From: Candidatus Micrarchaeota archaeon
GTDB lineage: Archaea > Iainarchaeota > Iainarchaeia > Iainarchaeales > JAGVWC01
Assembly (NCBI GenBank): GCA_043803815.1
Contig: JAZDJR010000029.1
Location: 11,632-75,631 of the forward strand
Direction: 5' to 3'
Length of the DNA: 64,000 nucleotides
Under the pieces are notes generated by a model. That model worked only from the letters and a program-made list of their open reading frames with translations, was not told the origin of the DNA and ran no database searches. Of this stretch, positions 9,539 to 18,876 are shown one piece after another. Made by a program: the position numbers and the translations under genes. How positions within the stretch are numbered: position 1 is the stretch's first letter; every line of letters starts with the position of its first letter.

Positions 9539-9644
9539 AGGCGGTTCACCTCCAAGTGAACAAAAGAATTTGTTAGGGATTGCGTTGGAACGCTTTAAAA
9601 GGATTGGCTGGAACCAAATGAAACCAAACGAAAAAGAAGCCGAT

Positions 9645-10517
9645 TCACTTGTTCTTGAACCATTCCGTCAAAAAAACCTTGTTGGAATAGCCGTCCTGCA
9701 CCAGGCGGAGCAATTGCTTTTGCTCCAGGTTTTTTAGGGTGCGCGACAAGGTGGCCTTGCTGTAACCTGTTTTCTGGTTCAATTGCTTTTGGGTCAAGCC
9801 GTCGGTTTCCAGCACAAGTTCCATTATTTTTTTTTCCTTTTCGCACAAGGTGCGGCAAATTTCGGTCTTGGCGTCCGAAACCGGTGTTGCTGAAGCCTGA
9901 ACTTGGACGGTTTTTGGCGGAATTTTTTTCGCGCGCATCCAAAAAAAGCCCGCTGCCAAAACAAGTACAATGGCTACAGCTAAAAGCCAGGAAAAGTCAA
10001 TCGCGGGTTTTTGAGGCAAAAGTTCGTATTCCAAAAGGACATGGCGGCTGGATAATGCGAATTGGTCCCATTCCGCCAAAAGGCCCTGGTTTTGGAGAGA
10101 AACATTGGCCAACGGTTCAAAACGCGTTATTTTGGATTCTCGCGGCAATGCGACTTCGATTCTGGAAACAGTCGGAGAAATATTGGATAGGTCCAGTGTC
10201 CATTTTTCGCGGTTTTTTCCGGTCAAAGAAGGGGATAAATATCGAAGAAGAATTTCGGACGCGTTGTTTGGGTTTGCAATCGAAACCTCCTCGCCGTTTG
10301 TTTCAAACAAAATCGCCTGGCCGTCGGCCAGAATCGAAATTTCCGCGGCCTTGGAATCCAAAAGCGTTACGCGGATTTCTTCACCGCTTTGCGGCAGAAT
10401 TTGGTGTTCCACCTGCGCAAAACCTGCGGAACTAATTTGGATATGAATTTCCTGTGAAAAAGCCAAGGCGTTTGCCGCCAAAAAAAGAACCCCAAACGCA
10501 AAAAAGGCTTTTTTCAT
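9645..10517 (-). CDS. Membrane protein with extracellular domain and C-terminal winged HTH
   Basis: Signal peptide MKKAFFAFG, one TM helix, GLTQKQL..YSKATLSRTLKNLEQK HTH; start placed at ATG 10517. Confidence 0.8.
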   Translation of the reverse strand: MKKAFFAFGVLFLAANALAFSQEIHIQISSAGFAQVEHQILPQSGEEIRVTLLDSKAAEISILADGQAILFETNGEEVSIANPNNASEILLRYLSPSLTGKNREKWTLDLSNISPTVSRIEVALPRESKITRFEPLANVSLQNQGLLAEWDQFALSSRHVLLEYELLPQKPAIDFSWLLAVAIVLVLAAGFFWMRAKKIPPKTVQVQASATPVSDAKTEICRTLCEKEKKIMELVLETDGLTQKQLNQKTGYSKATLSRTLKNLEQKQLLRLVQDGYSNKVFLTEWFKNK

Positions 10518-10685
10518 GGTAGCAAAGTGGTTGCTTTTTCTTAAAAGCGTTGGCATTTGCAAAGGCTCTCGCTTGGCTGCCCAAGGCCAAAGAAAATATT
10601 TTTTCTTCGTGTTGCGGATTTCGGAAAAATCGCCTTTGGCCAATCGCCTGGGTTTCGGGGTTCAAGAGTTGGACATTTAATTTTT

Positions 10686-11399
10686 TCAGCGGTTTCTCGG
10701 AGCCATGCGATTGATTCTTCGGGTTTTTTTTGGGGCGACACGGATTTGAGAATTGGCAAATGCCCGGAGCCGTTTCCACGCATTCAACACGGCCAAAGAC
10801 GGAACTTTTTTGTAGACATCGGGAAAAGAAACCAGCGGCATTTTTCGAAACGCATGCAAAGCGGGCCGAAACCGTGGCGAAAGGCGATTTTTTCCAATGG
10901 TTTTTTTTTCAAGCGATTTTAAGAATTCTTCCTGCTTAAGCGACTCCGGAAACGGCAAAGCCGCGCTTTTTTGGTGCTGATTTCCGCTTTGCATTCTTCG
11001 AATCGCGTCCTCCAAAAAAAATCCTTTTTCCCGAATCAAATAGCCCGCAAGCATGGCTCCGACTCTGCCGTTCCCGTTGGTGCAATGCACCAAAACCCGC
11101 TGATTTTTTTGTTCCAATCGATTTAAAATCCCGCAAAAAAGCTCGAATTCTTTTTTAGTCGGAACCCCGTGGTCGGCCACGGGAATTTGAAACCAGGCAA
11201 GCCCGTTTTTTTTCATTTCATTGCGGAACCCGCGGGCGCCAATGTCGACGTTTTCCAATTCGTCGTCGGTCAAAAGCGTAATCACCGTTGAAATTTTGCG
11301 TTTTTTGATTTCGCGGATTTGTTCCGGAAAAAAAGGAATCGCGGAAGCGGCCACCAGGTTTCCCAGTTCGGGAATGAGCCTAAAATTGTTCAGTTCCAT
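10686..11399 (-). CDS. Dual-specificity/tyrosine protein phosphatase family protein with basic tail
   Basis: VLVHCTNGNGR (CX5R) and IPVADHGVP. Confidence 0.88.
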   Translation of the reverse strand: MELNNFRLIPELGNLVAASAIPFFPEQIREIKKRKISTVITLLTDDELENVDIGARGFRNEMKKNGLAWFQIPVADHGVPTKKEFELFCGILNRLEQKNQRVLVHCTNGNGRVGAMLAGYLIREKGFFLEDAIRRMQSGNQHQKSAALPFPESLKQEEFLKSLEKKTIGKNRLSPRFRPALHAFRKMPLVSFPDVYKKVPSLAVLNAWKRLRAFANSQIRVAPKKTRRINRMAPRNR

Positions 11400-11508
11400 A
11401 CTCTACTTTTAGGCCAAAAGGTAAAAAAATGGTTGGCTGGCCCGGCGGGTTTGGTTTTCGAACTCCGAATTCTTAAAAGCCGCCGAACCGTTTTGATGAT
11501 TGATGACT

Positions 11509-11733
11509 ATGCAAGAACCCCTGTTAAAAGACTCGTTAAAAGAAATGGTGAACCGCCAAAACGACGTTAACCACTCGATGCGGCGCGTCGCGTTCCAGCT
11601 CGACCAGTTCCACATTCTGATGGAACACGCGCACAAGCACCTCGCGGTTCGCGGAGAAGGCGCGGAAATCCGAATCAAAGGAAGAACCTTCAAACGCCAG
11701 CAAAACAGCGTTCACCGCGTCAAAAACAACTGA
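11509..11733 (+). CDS. Small hypothetical protein
   Basis: 74 aa ORF fills the gap between opposite-strand genes. Confidence 0.55.
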   Translation: MQEPLLKDSLKEMVNRQNDVNHSMRRVAFQLDQFHILMEHAHKHLAVRGEGAEIRIKGRTFKRQQNSVHRVKNN

Positions 11734-11744
11734 TTTTCCTTATT

Positions 11745-12398
11745 TTATTTTCTTTTCCGCAATTTCGTAACACTTTTGGCGACTAATCTGGCCTTTCTTT
11801 TCAAAAAATTCGGATTGAAAAGCTCGAGCGGAATCCGGCTTTGGCCAAGCTTTCTTTTCCGACCCGCCAACTGCATTCCAATCGTGCGAACCAGCCCGGC
11901 TTTTTTAAAAGCGTCGATGACTTTTTGCTCGTTGTTTTTGAATTCCTGATGCCGCGACTGAACGGCTTCTTTTGTTTCCGGCCTTCCCTCGCGCTGTTTT
12001 TGCCTTCTATCCGCAACCCAAATCGGAATTTTAAATTCCAATAATCCGCCAACCCGAAAGCCCCGTGCATCGACAAATTGCCGAAATTTTTCCAAGTCCT
12101 CCTTTTTTCTTGGAAAACCGTCGATAATAAAGCCGTTTTGGAAACGCTGCGGATTTTCGGCAATGGCTTTTTCCATGAACTGAAAACTATACTCGGCGGG
12201 AAAATAAACTCCCTTGGCCATCCAGTTGGAAACCACGTTTTCGGCAACCGGGTCTTTTTTTTTGGCTTGTTCGCGGATGTATTGCCCAAGTTCAATGACC
12301 GGCAAACCCGTCAATTTGCTGACCAAAGGACCGGTTTCGGTTTTGCCGGCTCCGCCGCGACCTAAAAAAACAAAAACAGGCGGCTTTTTAGGATTCAT
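11745..12398 (-). CDS. Adenylate kinase-family nucleoside monophosphate kinase
   Basis: P-loop GRGGAGKT and GFIIDGFPR; basic C-terminal extension. Confidence 0.85.
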   Translation of the reverse strand: MNPKKPPVFVFLGRGGAGKTETGPLVSKLTGLPVIELGQYIREQAKKKDPVAENVVSNWMAKGVYFPAEYSFQFMEKAIAENPQRFQNGFIIDGFPRKKEDLEKFRQFVDARGFRVGGLLEFKIPIWVADRRQKQREGRPETKEAVQSRHQEFKNNEQKVIDAFKKAGLVRTIGMQLAGRKRKLGQSRIPLELFNPNFLKRKARLVAKSVTKLRKRK

Positions 12399-12429
12399 AC
12401 TCAAATCTTGTTTCAACAAAACTTAAAAC

Positions 12430-12478
12430 AATAGGCCGTTTGCTTTGCATCGGCCAAAAACCGCAAATGCGGCCTATT
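12430..12478. repeat. Intergenic inverted repeat
   Basis: 9-bp stem aataggccg/cggcctatt. Confidence 0.55.
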
Positions 12479-12482
12479 TTCG

Positions 12483-13043
12483 TTAAATCCTTTTGAACGT
12501 TGTTTTGGGCAATGTTTTTTTGAGGCTGGTTTGAAACTTTTTGAGCACTGCGGAAGAGCCCTGCACAATCATCATGTTTGAAAACGGGTCCATAATGTCA
12601 ATCAGCAATCGCTTGGACGAAAACTGGATATTGCAGAAAAAAACGTCAAACAGCAGGTTATAATCCTCCAAAACCGCGGAAACGTTTTTGGAATTAACCG
12701 TTCCATGAGCCGAGGTCTTTTGCTTTTTGTCATACGCCGAAGAATACGATTTTAATCCGTGGCTCTTGCAAAACTGCCGAAAAATCGAATCCAAGACTTT
12801 TGGCGCAACGCTCAAATTGGAATACACCAGATTCAGCGGCTCTAACCGCTCCAGCACAACAGCCATGCGAAACTCGCCGGTCTTTTCCAGAACCGGTTTA
12901 AAATCCTGCAGCAAAAAATCGTACAACTGCGGCGTCGCATCCTTGGAAACCCCGAAATTAACCGCCAAAAAAGATTTTTCGGATTTTGGCGCAGCTTTTG
13001 GTTTTAAGCGTTTTATTCGGCGTTTTGTCCCCTTGTTTTTCAT
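12483..13043 (-). CDS. Hypothetical protein
   Basis: 186 aa ORF with ATG start. Confidence 0.7.
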   Translation of the reverse strand: MKNKGTKRRIKRLKPKAAPKSEKSFLAVNFGVSKDATPQLYDFLLQDFKPVLEKTGEFRMAVVLERLEPLNLVYSNLSVAPKVLDSIFRQFCKSHGLKSYSSAYDKKQKTSAHGTVNSKNVSAVLEDYNLLFDVFFCNIQFSSKRLLIDIMDPFSNMMIVQGSSAVLKKFQTSLKKTLPKTTFKRI

Positions 13044-13076
13044 ACGAAAGTATTTATTTTACGACTTAATATTAGT

Positions 13077-13841
13077 TTGGGTAAAACTTTGGCAAACGAA
13101 AAACCGGCAAATGAAAAGCCGGCAAAAGATTCCACGCACTTATTCTTGGCCGCGGTACTGGGCCTTGCCGGACTCGGGCTGATAGTCTCTTTTTTACTCT
13201 GGCAAAACGATTATGGCTGGGGACTTTTTCCCGGACTCGCCTTAGTTATCGGCGCCGCCGTTCTTTGGTTCCAAACCCAAAAACCCGCACTTGACGGATT
13301 ATTATCCGAACGCCGAAAACTATTATCCCAAATCGAAGAAGCCGAAAAACGCTTTTTGAACCGCCAATTAACCGACGACTCGTTCCAAAAATTCAAGGCC
13401 CAAAAACAAAAAGAACTCGTTGAAACCGAATCCAAAATCGCGGTTTTGACCAAACCCCAAGCCGAACCGTCTTCCGCTGACACCGCGGACGTCGCAAGCC
13501 GCGACAAGCACAAACTCAAGGAACTATTGGAAAAAAAACAGTTAATCAACCAGACTTTTGCGATTGCCGAGCAAAAATACTTAAAACGCGAACTATCCGA
13601 AGCGGAATTTTCAGAACTGCAGGAAAAAACCAACACCGACCTGCTCGAAACCGATTCCGAAATCAAGGCACTGACCCAAAACCCGCAAATCAAGCACGTG
13701 CAAGCCGAGCTTGAACGCGAATTAAAGCGCGCCAAATTCGAAAAACACGCCAAGCGAAAACGCCGCGTATGGGCCGAAGGCGAAGTTCAGGACACGGACG
13801 AAATCGCCGAAGAACTATTCGACCAAAAAGCGGAAGATTAA
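13077..13841 (+). CDS. Membrane-anchored coiled-coil hypothetical protein
   Basis: Two N-terminal TM helices; internal repeat AEKRFLNRQL / AEQKYLKREL. Confidence 0.8.
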   Translation: MGKTLANEKPANEKPAKDSTHLFLAAVLGLAGLGLIVSFLLWQNDYGWGLFPGLALVIGAAVLWFQTQKPALDGLLSERRKLLSQIEEAEKRFLNRQLTDDSFQKFKAQKQKELVETESKIAVLTKPQAEPSSADTADVASRDKHKLKELLEKKQLINQTFAIAEQKYLKRELSEAEFSELQEKTNTDLLETDSEIKALTQNPQIKHVQAELERELKRAKFEKHAKRKRRVWAEGEVQDTDEIAEELFDQKAED

Positions 13842-13939
13842 GCCGCTTGCGATCGCAACAAAAACCGCTGTTTTTGTGCGCATAAAATTCGCGGATTTTA
13901 TTGCGGCTGCCCCGCGGACTTTGGGATTTCGCTTTTTCG

Positions 13940-13966
13940 AACCATTCGTCTCGTCGGCCTGCGGCG
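13940..13966. repeat. Dispersed 27-bp repeat, copy 2
   Basis: Matches 6261-6287. Confidence 0.85.
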
Positions 13967-13978
13967 CTGATTCTCGAT

Positions 13979-14476
13979 TTACTTTTGCAGCGCGGTTGCG
14001 GTGAACGTCTTGATTTGTTCGAGTTGCGGAGCCGTAATATTGAGCAGGTAGGGCAGGACCAGGGTGTCTACGATGGTGACGTTGCGGGTTTGGAGCACGC
14101 TTTCCATTTTTTTGGCAACCGTTCCGGCAACGCCGAACGCGGGCAAAAACAAGGCGGCTTTTTTTCCTTCGATTCCTTTGCATTCGCGCAGATACGTCAG
14201 CATTTCGTCCGGGATTTTGCGCTTTGGCGACATTCCTTCAATCGTCGAGCCGAAAAAAACAAAGTCGAATCCCGACAAGTCGGTTTTGGTGGAAACCAGG
14301 GAAATTTTTTCCTGCGGATTCAAGTCCAAAAAACCTTTTTTTTGCTTTTCTTTGAGCGCTTTAATCGAAATAAGCTCTTTTTCGCTTGGCAAAGACGGAA
14401 TCGCGGAAAAAAGCGTATTGGCCGCCAAAACCGTGTTTTTTTTGCTTCGGGAAAAAAAGACTACTGCAATTTGCAT
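13979..14476 (-). CDS. Flavodoxin-like fold protein
   Basis: IAVVFFSRSKKNT..A; DLSGFDFVFFGS; GKKAALF. Confidence 0.7.
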   Translation of the reverse strand: MQIAVVFFSRSKKNTVLAANTLFSAIPSLPSEKELISIKALKEKQKKGFLDLNPQEKISLVSTKTDLSGFDFVFFGSTIEGMSPKRKIPDEMLTYLRECKGIEGKKAALFLPAFGVAGTVAKKMESVLQTRNVTIVDTLVLPYLLNITAPQLEQIKTFTATALQK

Positions 14477-14610
14477 AATATTATCGAATATTTCAAGGGG
14501 GTTGAATGGCTAAAAATGTTTCGATTACCGGTTAACGCTAAAAAGCCGTGTTTAAAAATTACAATACAAAAAATACCGTAAACTTGAAAAAAAATCAAAA
14601 ATAGGGCGGT

Positions 14611-15000
14611 TTAGCGGCTGAAAGTTACAAAACCGTCTTTTTGAAACGATTCTTTGGGCAAGCCGCGGACGGTTAAGCCGACGAGCATGCCTTTTTTGGC
14701 AATGCGGTTGCCCAGTTTGGATTCGAGTTCCACGATTTGAATCGAACGACCGTTAATCGAGCCTTTCATATCGCTGGAAACCACGCCTGAAACGATTTCG
14801 GCAACCAAATAAACATCGGACAAGCCCAAAAACTGGCAGGATTTTTTGATTTTAACCCTGTTTTCTTCGTTCGGAATCTCCTGAATTAGGTCCTGCGGAG
14901 CCACAATTGGAACTTCAGATTCAGCCATAAAACTGCTTTTTTGACTGGTATGGCCTCCAAAAGTCAATGTTATCAAACTCATTTCTTCACCATTTTTCAT
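14611..15000 (-). CDS. Small protein resembling the EF-Tu domain II beta-barrel
   Basis: VAEIVSGVV..IVELE..AKKGMLVGLTVRG pattern. Confidence 0.55.
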   Translation of the reverse strand: MKNGEEMSLITLTFGGHTSQKSSFMAESEVPIVAPQDLIQEIPNEENRVKIKKSCQFLGLSDVYLVAEIVSGVVSSDMKGSINGRSIQIVELESKLGNRIAKKGMLVGLTVRGLPKESFQKDGFVTFSR

Positions 15001-15546
15001 TTTTTTAATGCAACTATCAAATAAATACTGTTGCTTTTTTACTTATTGGTTAAGAAAAACAAACCAAAAAGAATGAAAAAAAACAAAAACCAAACCTTTT
15101 GGTGGTTTTTTCGAACCGGTTTGGGGTTTTTTTACCATAATTTTTGACTTGGAACTTAACTCTATTAAAAACACCAAGGTAATATTTAAACCTATCGCCG
15201 TAGTTTGGGGTTTGTTCGTAAAAAAACCCCTTGCCCTGCCTTCAAACTCCTTTTCTCTTGTTCACCGCCTTTGAAGGTTAAGACGGCTTAATTTTTGGCA
15301 GTTGTTTTGGTCCAAAACCGTTTAATCCGCTAAAAATTGGGCTTTGGAAGGAATTAACACTGTTTTTTCCAAAACCGGCTTGTTTTTGGAGTGGGAATTG
15401 CTCCCGCCGAAAAGGTTTCCTTTTTGGAAAAACCCAAACTTTTGGGCAATTAAGCCGGTTTTAGTTCTGTTAAGTTATGTAGTAGTTCAGGCGGATTGGA
15501 TTGATGACAACCTAAAAAACAAATACTATGAGCTGAAAAGAAAAGG

Positions 15547-15669
15547 ATTGTAGGCGGGCGAATTCCCCCAAATAGTTCGAATCAGTTCCCTGTTTTTGGC
15601 TGGCGTTTTCTGCTGAAAAAGTATTACGCATAAAGTGGTATAAAGCGATTTCGATGGGGTTCCTTAAAC
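15547..15669. repeat. Degenerate att site plus element-end arm (copy of 17771-17893)
   Basis: attgtaggcgggcgaatt matches the tRNA-Leu att at 15/18 and is followed by ~100 bp similar to 17789-17893. Confidence 0.88.
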
Positions 15670-15675
15670 GGGCTA

Positions 15676-16692
15676 TTAAACCGTCAAATATTTCATTAAC
15701 TGACGGTTGGATGCCAGCTGTACTAAACCCTTCGAAAGAAGCTGTTGGGTTTCTTCCTCGCTCAATCCAATGGAATGGGCAATATTGGCAACCGAGTTTT
15801 CTTCTAAAATGCGCTCCGATAAAACCCGTCGAATCAACGGGTTTTCCAATTGGGAAATAGCCCTCTTGGTTAGTTCGATTCGTTCCTTTTCCAGCACATA
15901 ACCAGCAGGATCCGCGCGGGTAGTGGAAAGGTCAAATTTTTCTCCGGTTCTCTTGCGTGAATCTACGTCTCGATGCAGACCGCGGTTCCCAAATTCCCGA
16001 ATCAGGCCCGAATAGATTTTTTCCCAATACCTTCTATTTGCCTCGGAGATTTTTCTTCTGGTTGCAGCAGATTGTCGTCGTTTTCTTCCGGCAGCCGCTA
16101 TTTTGGCACGTGTCGCGTCCGAAAGCGTTTTGCCTGTTAGTGTAGCCGATATCTTGTCAATCGTCGATTGGGGCAATTTTCGCCCTCGCTGCCAAGCCCC
16201 CATCTTGGCTCGCGTTTCTGCACTCTTCTTTTTCCCCTTTCGAGCCAAAGACCACCTCCGTTTGGTCTCTTCGGAACGGAGTTTGCCTTTATTGCTTTCT
16301 CCAATCTTTCGTCTGGTTTCTGCGGAAAGCGGTTTGCCTTTTTTGCCGGCCCCGATTTTTCGTCTGGTTTCCGCTGAAACACTCTTTCCCGTTGCCGATT
16401 GGCTCATCCGCGCACGAACCCCTCCGGTTTTGGCCAACCATACGGCATATGCGAGTTTGACTTGTTCGGGTTCTTTGCCTTCAAAAAGATTTTGAAAACC
16501 CGGTTTAAGCCCCGTCGGCCGACCAAATAGATACCGTTCCATTTCCTGCCGAGTTGAAATGCGAAATTGCGACCCGTATTTTTCCAAAAAATAATCCAAA
16601 ACCTGCTGCCGGGTGGCCCCTCTTCGGAACAATGCCGCTGCCCGACCAACAGACCACTTGCCGAACCGTAATTGACGCCTTGCCATACCCAT
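15676..16692 (-). CDS. NUMOD3-repeat DNA-binding protein with C-terminal sigma-region-4-like HTH
   Basis: Seven 17-aa repeats (GKPLSAETRRKIG type); C-terminal AISQL..RRVL..SVANIAHSIGLSEE. Confidence 0.8.
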   Translation of the reverse strand: MGMARRQLRFGKWSVGRAAALFRRGATRQQVLDYFLEKYGSQFRISTRQEMERYLFGRPTGLKPGFQNLFEGKEPEQVKLAYAVWLAKTGGVRARMSQSATGKSVSAETRRKIGAGKKGKPLSAETRRKIGESNKGKLRSEETKRRWSLARKGKKKSAETRAKMGAWQRGRKLPQSTIDKISATLTGKTLSDATRAKIAAAGRKRRQSAATRRKISEANRRYWEKIYSGLIREFGNRGLHRDVDSRKRTGEKFDLSTTRADPAGYVLEKERIELTKRAISQLENPLIRRVLSERILEENSVANIAHSIGLSEEETQQLLSKGLVQLASNRQLMKYLTV

Positions 16693-16700
16693 ACACTGGT

Positions 16701-17165
16701 TCACGAGCCTTTTTGTTTCGGTTTTTCCCCTTTTTTGATTATTTCCCGCACGCGGTCCAAAAAACCGGATACTTGGTCGAAAATTTCGTTCAAATCCTCT
16801 TCGAGTTCGGGGGTCTCCAGCGAGTACTGGATGTCGTTTCGTTTGGAGCGCAAGGAATCCAAAATAACCGCGTGCTGCATGGTAACCAGTTCCTGCATTT
16901 GGTATTTTTCCTCGATATATTTGCAGACGCAGTAATGGCTTCGTTCCTTGATGCCGTCGCGGAACAGCAAGGCCCGTGCGGCGTGAAAAGAAGCGTTGTA
17001 AAGCGCGATAAAAGTCATGTCCTTGATGTTGGAATTGATGAGGGTTTCGGCTTCGTCCAAAAAGTGCTCGGCTTGTTTCATGCTTTGCTCGGCAAAATTC
17101 AGGTTTGGCCGGATTTTCTTGAGGAGCCCCTCTTCAAAACAGCAATCAACTTTGCTTTTCGTCAA
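16701..17165 (-). CDS. HEPN-domain toxin
   Basis: LYNASFHAARALLFRDGIKERSH and KRNDIQY; overlaps the MNT gene. Confidence 0.88.
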   Translation of the reverse strand: MTKSKVDCCFEEGLLKKIRPNLNFAEQSMKQAEHFLDEAETLINSNIKDMTFIALYNASFHAARALLFRDGIKERSHYCVCKYIEEKYQMQELVTMQHAVILDSLRSKRNDIQYSLETPELEEDLNEIFDQVSGFLDRVREIIKKGEKPKQKGS

Positions 17166-17716
17166 AACCCTTCACCATGCAGTATTTTTGACTTATATTC
17201 GAGTTCATTGTAAAAAATAGTATCGTTTTTTTTGAACTGTTCAATGTCTTCCTTGGTGAAAAACTTAATGCTGACTTCGCGCCCCAGTTCATTGGTGAAC
17301 TGCTGTTTAATCTTTCCCGCTTCAACCAAACCGGGCTTTTTGTCGGACAGAGCCCACAAGTCAATGTCGCTTTGTTTGTCCACGGTTCCATCGACAACGC
17401 TTCCGTAAACACCGATGGAGTCCGAAAGCTTTTGGATGATTGAAAATGTTTTTGAGTTCAGGATTTTGGTTGTGAAAACCAGGGCAATCATTTCGCGGAC
17501 AAGCGGGTTTTTTTTGTTGAGCCCAATCACTTTTCGGTTCTTGTCATTTGAAACCGTCACAAGCCTGTTTTTCGAATAGGGCACAAGGAACTGCGTTACC
17601 TTGGCTGGGGAACAATTGGCTTTTTTGGCCAAGTCCCGCACGGAAGTGTTTTCCTCGATAAGCAGCTCGAACAATTGGAGATTAAACGGCCCGAGCAGTT
17701 TTGAAAGTTCAATCAT
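17162..17716 (-). CDS. HTH + minimal nucleotidyltransferase (MntA-like) antitoxin
   Basis: GVYGS..SDIDL motif; N-terminal HTH SVRDLAKKANCSP. Confidence 0.9.
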   Translation of the reverse strand: MIELSKLLGPFNLQLFELLIEENTSVRDLAKKANCSPAKVTQFLVPYSKNRLVTVSNDKNRKVIGLNKKNPLVREMIALVFTTKILNSKTFSIIQKLSDSIGVYGSVVDGTVDKQSDIDLWALSDKKPGLVEAGKIKQQFTNELGREVSIKFFTKEDIEQFKKNDTIFYNELEYKSKILHGEGF

Positions 17717-17730
17717 GCAACAAATTAGAG

Positions 17731-17771
17731 TGTTTACAATTTATAAACATAATGTTTACAAAAAGTAAACA
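17731..17771. promoter_or_regulatory. Two tandem palindromic operators upstream of the MNT-HEPN operon
   Basis: TGTTTAcaatttaTAAACA (17731-17749) and TGTTTACaaaaaGTAAACA (17753-17771). Confidence 0.75.
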
Positions 17772-17926
17772 TTGCAGGCGGGCAGATTTACCCCAATAGT
17801 TTGAATCAGTTTCCGGTTTTGGTTGACTTTTTCTGCTGAAACACCATTATGCATAAAGTAGTATAAAGCGTTTTCGATGGTGTTCCCTAAAACTATTTTT
17901 GCCCGTGATCCGGTTCTCTGTTTTTT

Positions 17927-18463
17927 TTAGTGGGCAAGGATTTTTGTTTGTCCGTATTCGGTTTTTTTGGTTGGGGCGTCTGCCGCGAGTTCGTCAATGA
18001 GCTGTTTTAGTGGCAGGATTTCTTCCCTGAATTTTAGCTCTTTTTTTGTGATGGAGTGGATTAGTTTTGTTTGTTCTCCCTGACCGATTTTGATGATTAT
18101 GGAGTCGGTTTTGGGGGTGTCTTCCTCAATGAGATTGGCCAGTTCTTTTTTGCTGTTTTCGACCTCTTTGCTGCGTTTTCGTTGTATGGTGTCGAGTGTT
18201 TTAAGGGGGTCTTGGGTGTAGTAAACCGTGGGTGTGGTGTTGTTGGCTTGGATTAGTTCCCAGGCCAGTAGTTCGCGTAGGACGGTGTAGGTGGTGGCTT
18301 GGTTTACGCCTGTTTCGACAATTAGGTCGCTTGCGGTTTTGGTGTCGCTGGTTAGCAAGGCGTTGTATATTCGTGCGTGGTTGATGCCAAAGCCGGGAAC
18401 GAGGTCCGTGAAAATGGCTTTTAGCTTCAAGGCGCTTTCAGGTGTCTGTATGGTTTCGAGCAT
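17927..18463 (-). CDS. TrmB-family HTH transcriptional regulator
   Basis: FGINHARIYNALL..TASDLIVETGVNQATTYTVLREL..PTVYY..DP. Confidence 0.8.
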   Translation of the reverse strand: MLETIQTPESALKLKAIFTDLVPGFGINHARIYNALLTSDTKTASDLIVETGVNQATTYTVLRELLAWELIQANNTTPTVYYTQDPLKTLDTIQRKRSKEVENSKKELANLIEEDTPKTDSIIIKIGQGEQTKLIHSITKKELKFREEILPLKQLIDELAADAPTKKTEYGQTKILAH

Positions 18464-18583
18464 ACATATTGCCTCTCTAGGAGCCTAATATGGCTGCGGT
18501 TTAAATTTGTTCAACCTGCTGGTTGATTGGCGATTGTCGTAAAATTTGTGTATTATTAGGGTTTTCGGGCTCCAAAAAACACC

Positions 18584-18844
18584 ATGTTTCAACCATCCGA
18601 TTTCTGGGACCAAACAACCGTGGGACAGATTATTGTCCTGCTCAAACAAAAGCCCGGTCTGTACTCGAAAGAAGTTTTTTTAGCACTTGCCGAAAAAGGA
18701 AATAAGTCGAGCATGCAAAATGTCCACAAAATGCTTAAGCGGCTTGTAAAAAAATCCGTTGTAACAAAAAAGGACTTGAAATATTCCCTCTCGCCCGAAT
18801 GGATAAAACAGTTCAACCAGTTTGCCGATTTTTTGCAAAAATAA
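18584..18844 (+). CDS. Small winged-HTH protein
   Basis: SMQNVHKMLKRLVKKSVV..KYSLSPEW. Confidence 0.75.
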   Translation: MFQPSDFWDQTTVGQIIVLLKQKPGLYSKEVFLALAEKGNKSSMQNVHKMLKRLVKKSVVTKKDLKYSLSPEWIKQFNQFADFLQK

Positions 18845-18876
18845 TCTTATATATACAAAAAACACTAGCAGTTGCT

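Larger units (their letters stand above)
15547..17788. mobile_element. ~2.2 kb remnant or satellite element in tandem at the tRNA-Leu att
   Basis: Lies between two att-like repeats; carries an MNT-HEPN pair and a NUMOD3 protein; no integrase. Confidence 0.7.

Noticed and set aside
12400-12500. Possible degenerate 3'-end duplication around the hairpin at 12430-12478
   Set aside because: Needs a gap and several mismatches, and the peptide is not conserved.
15344-15553. 69-aa ORF ending at the degenerate att
   Set aside because: Non-ATG start, low-complexity sequence and no motif.
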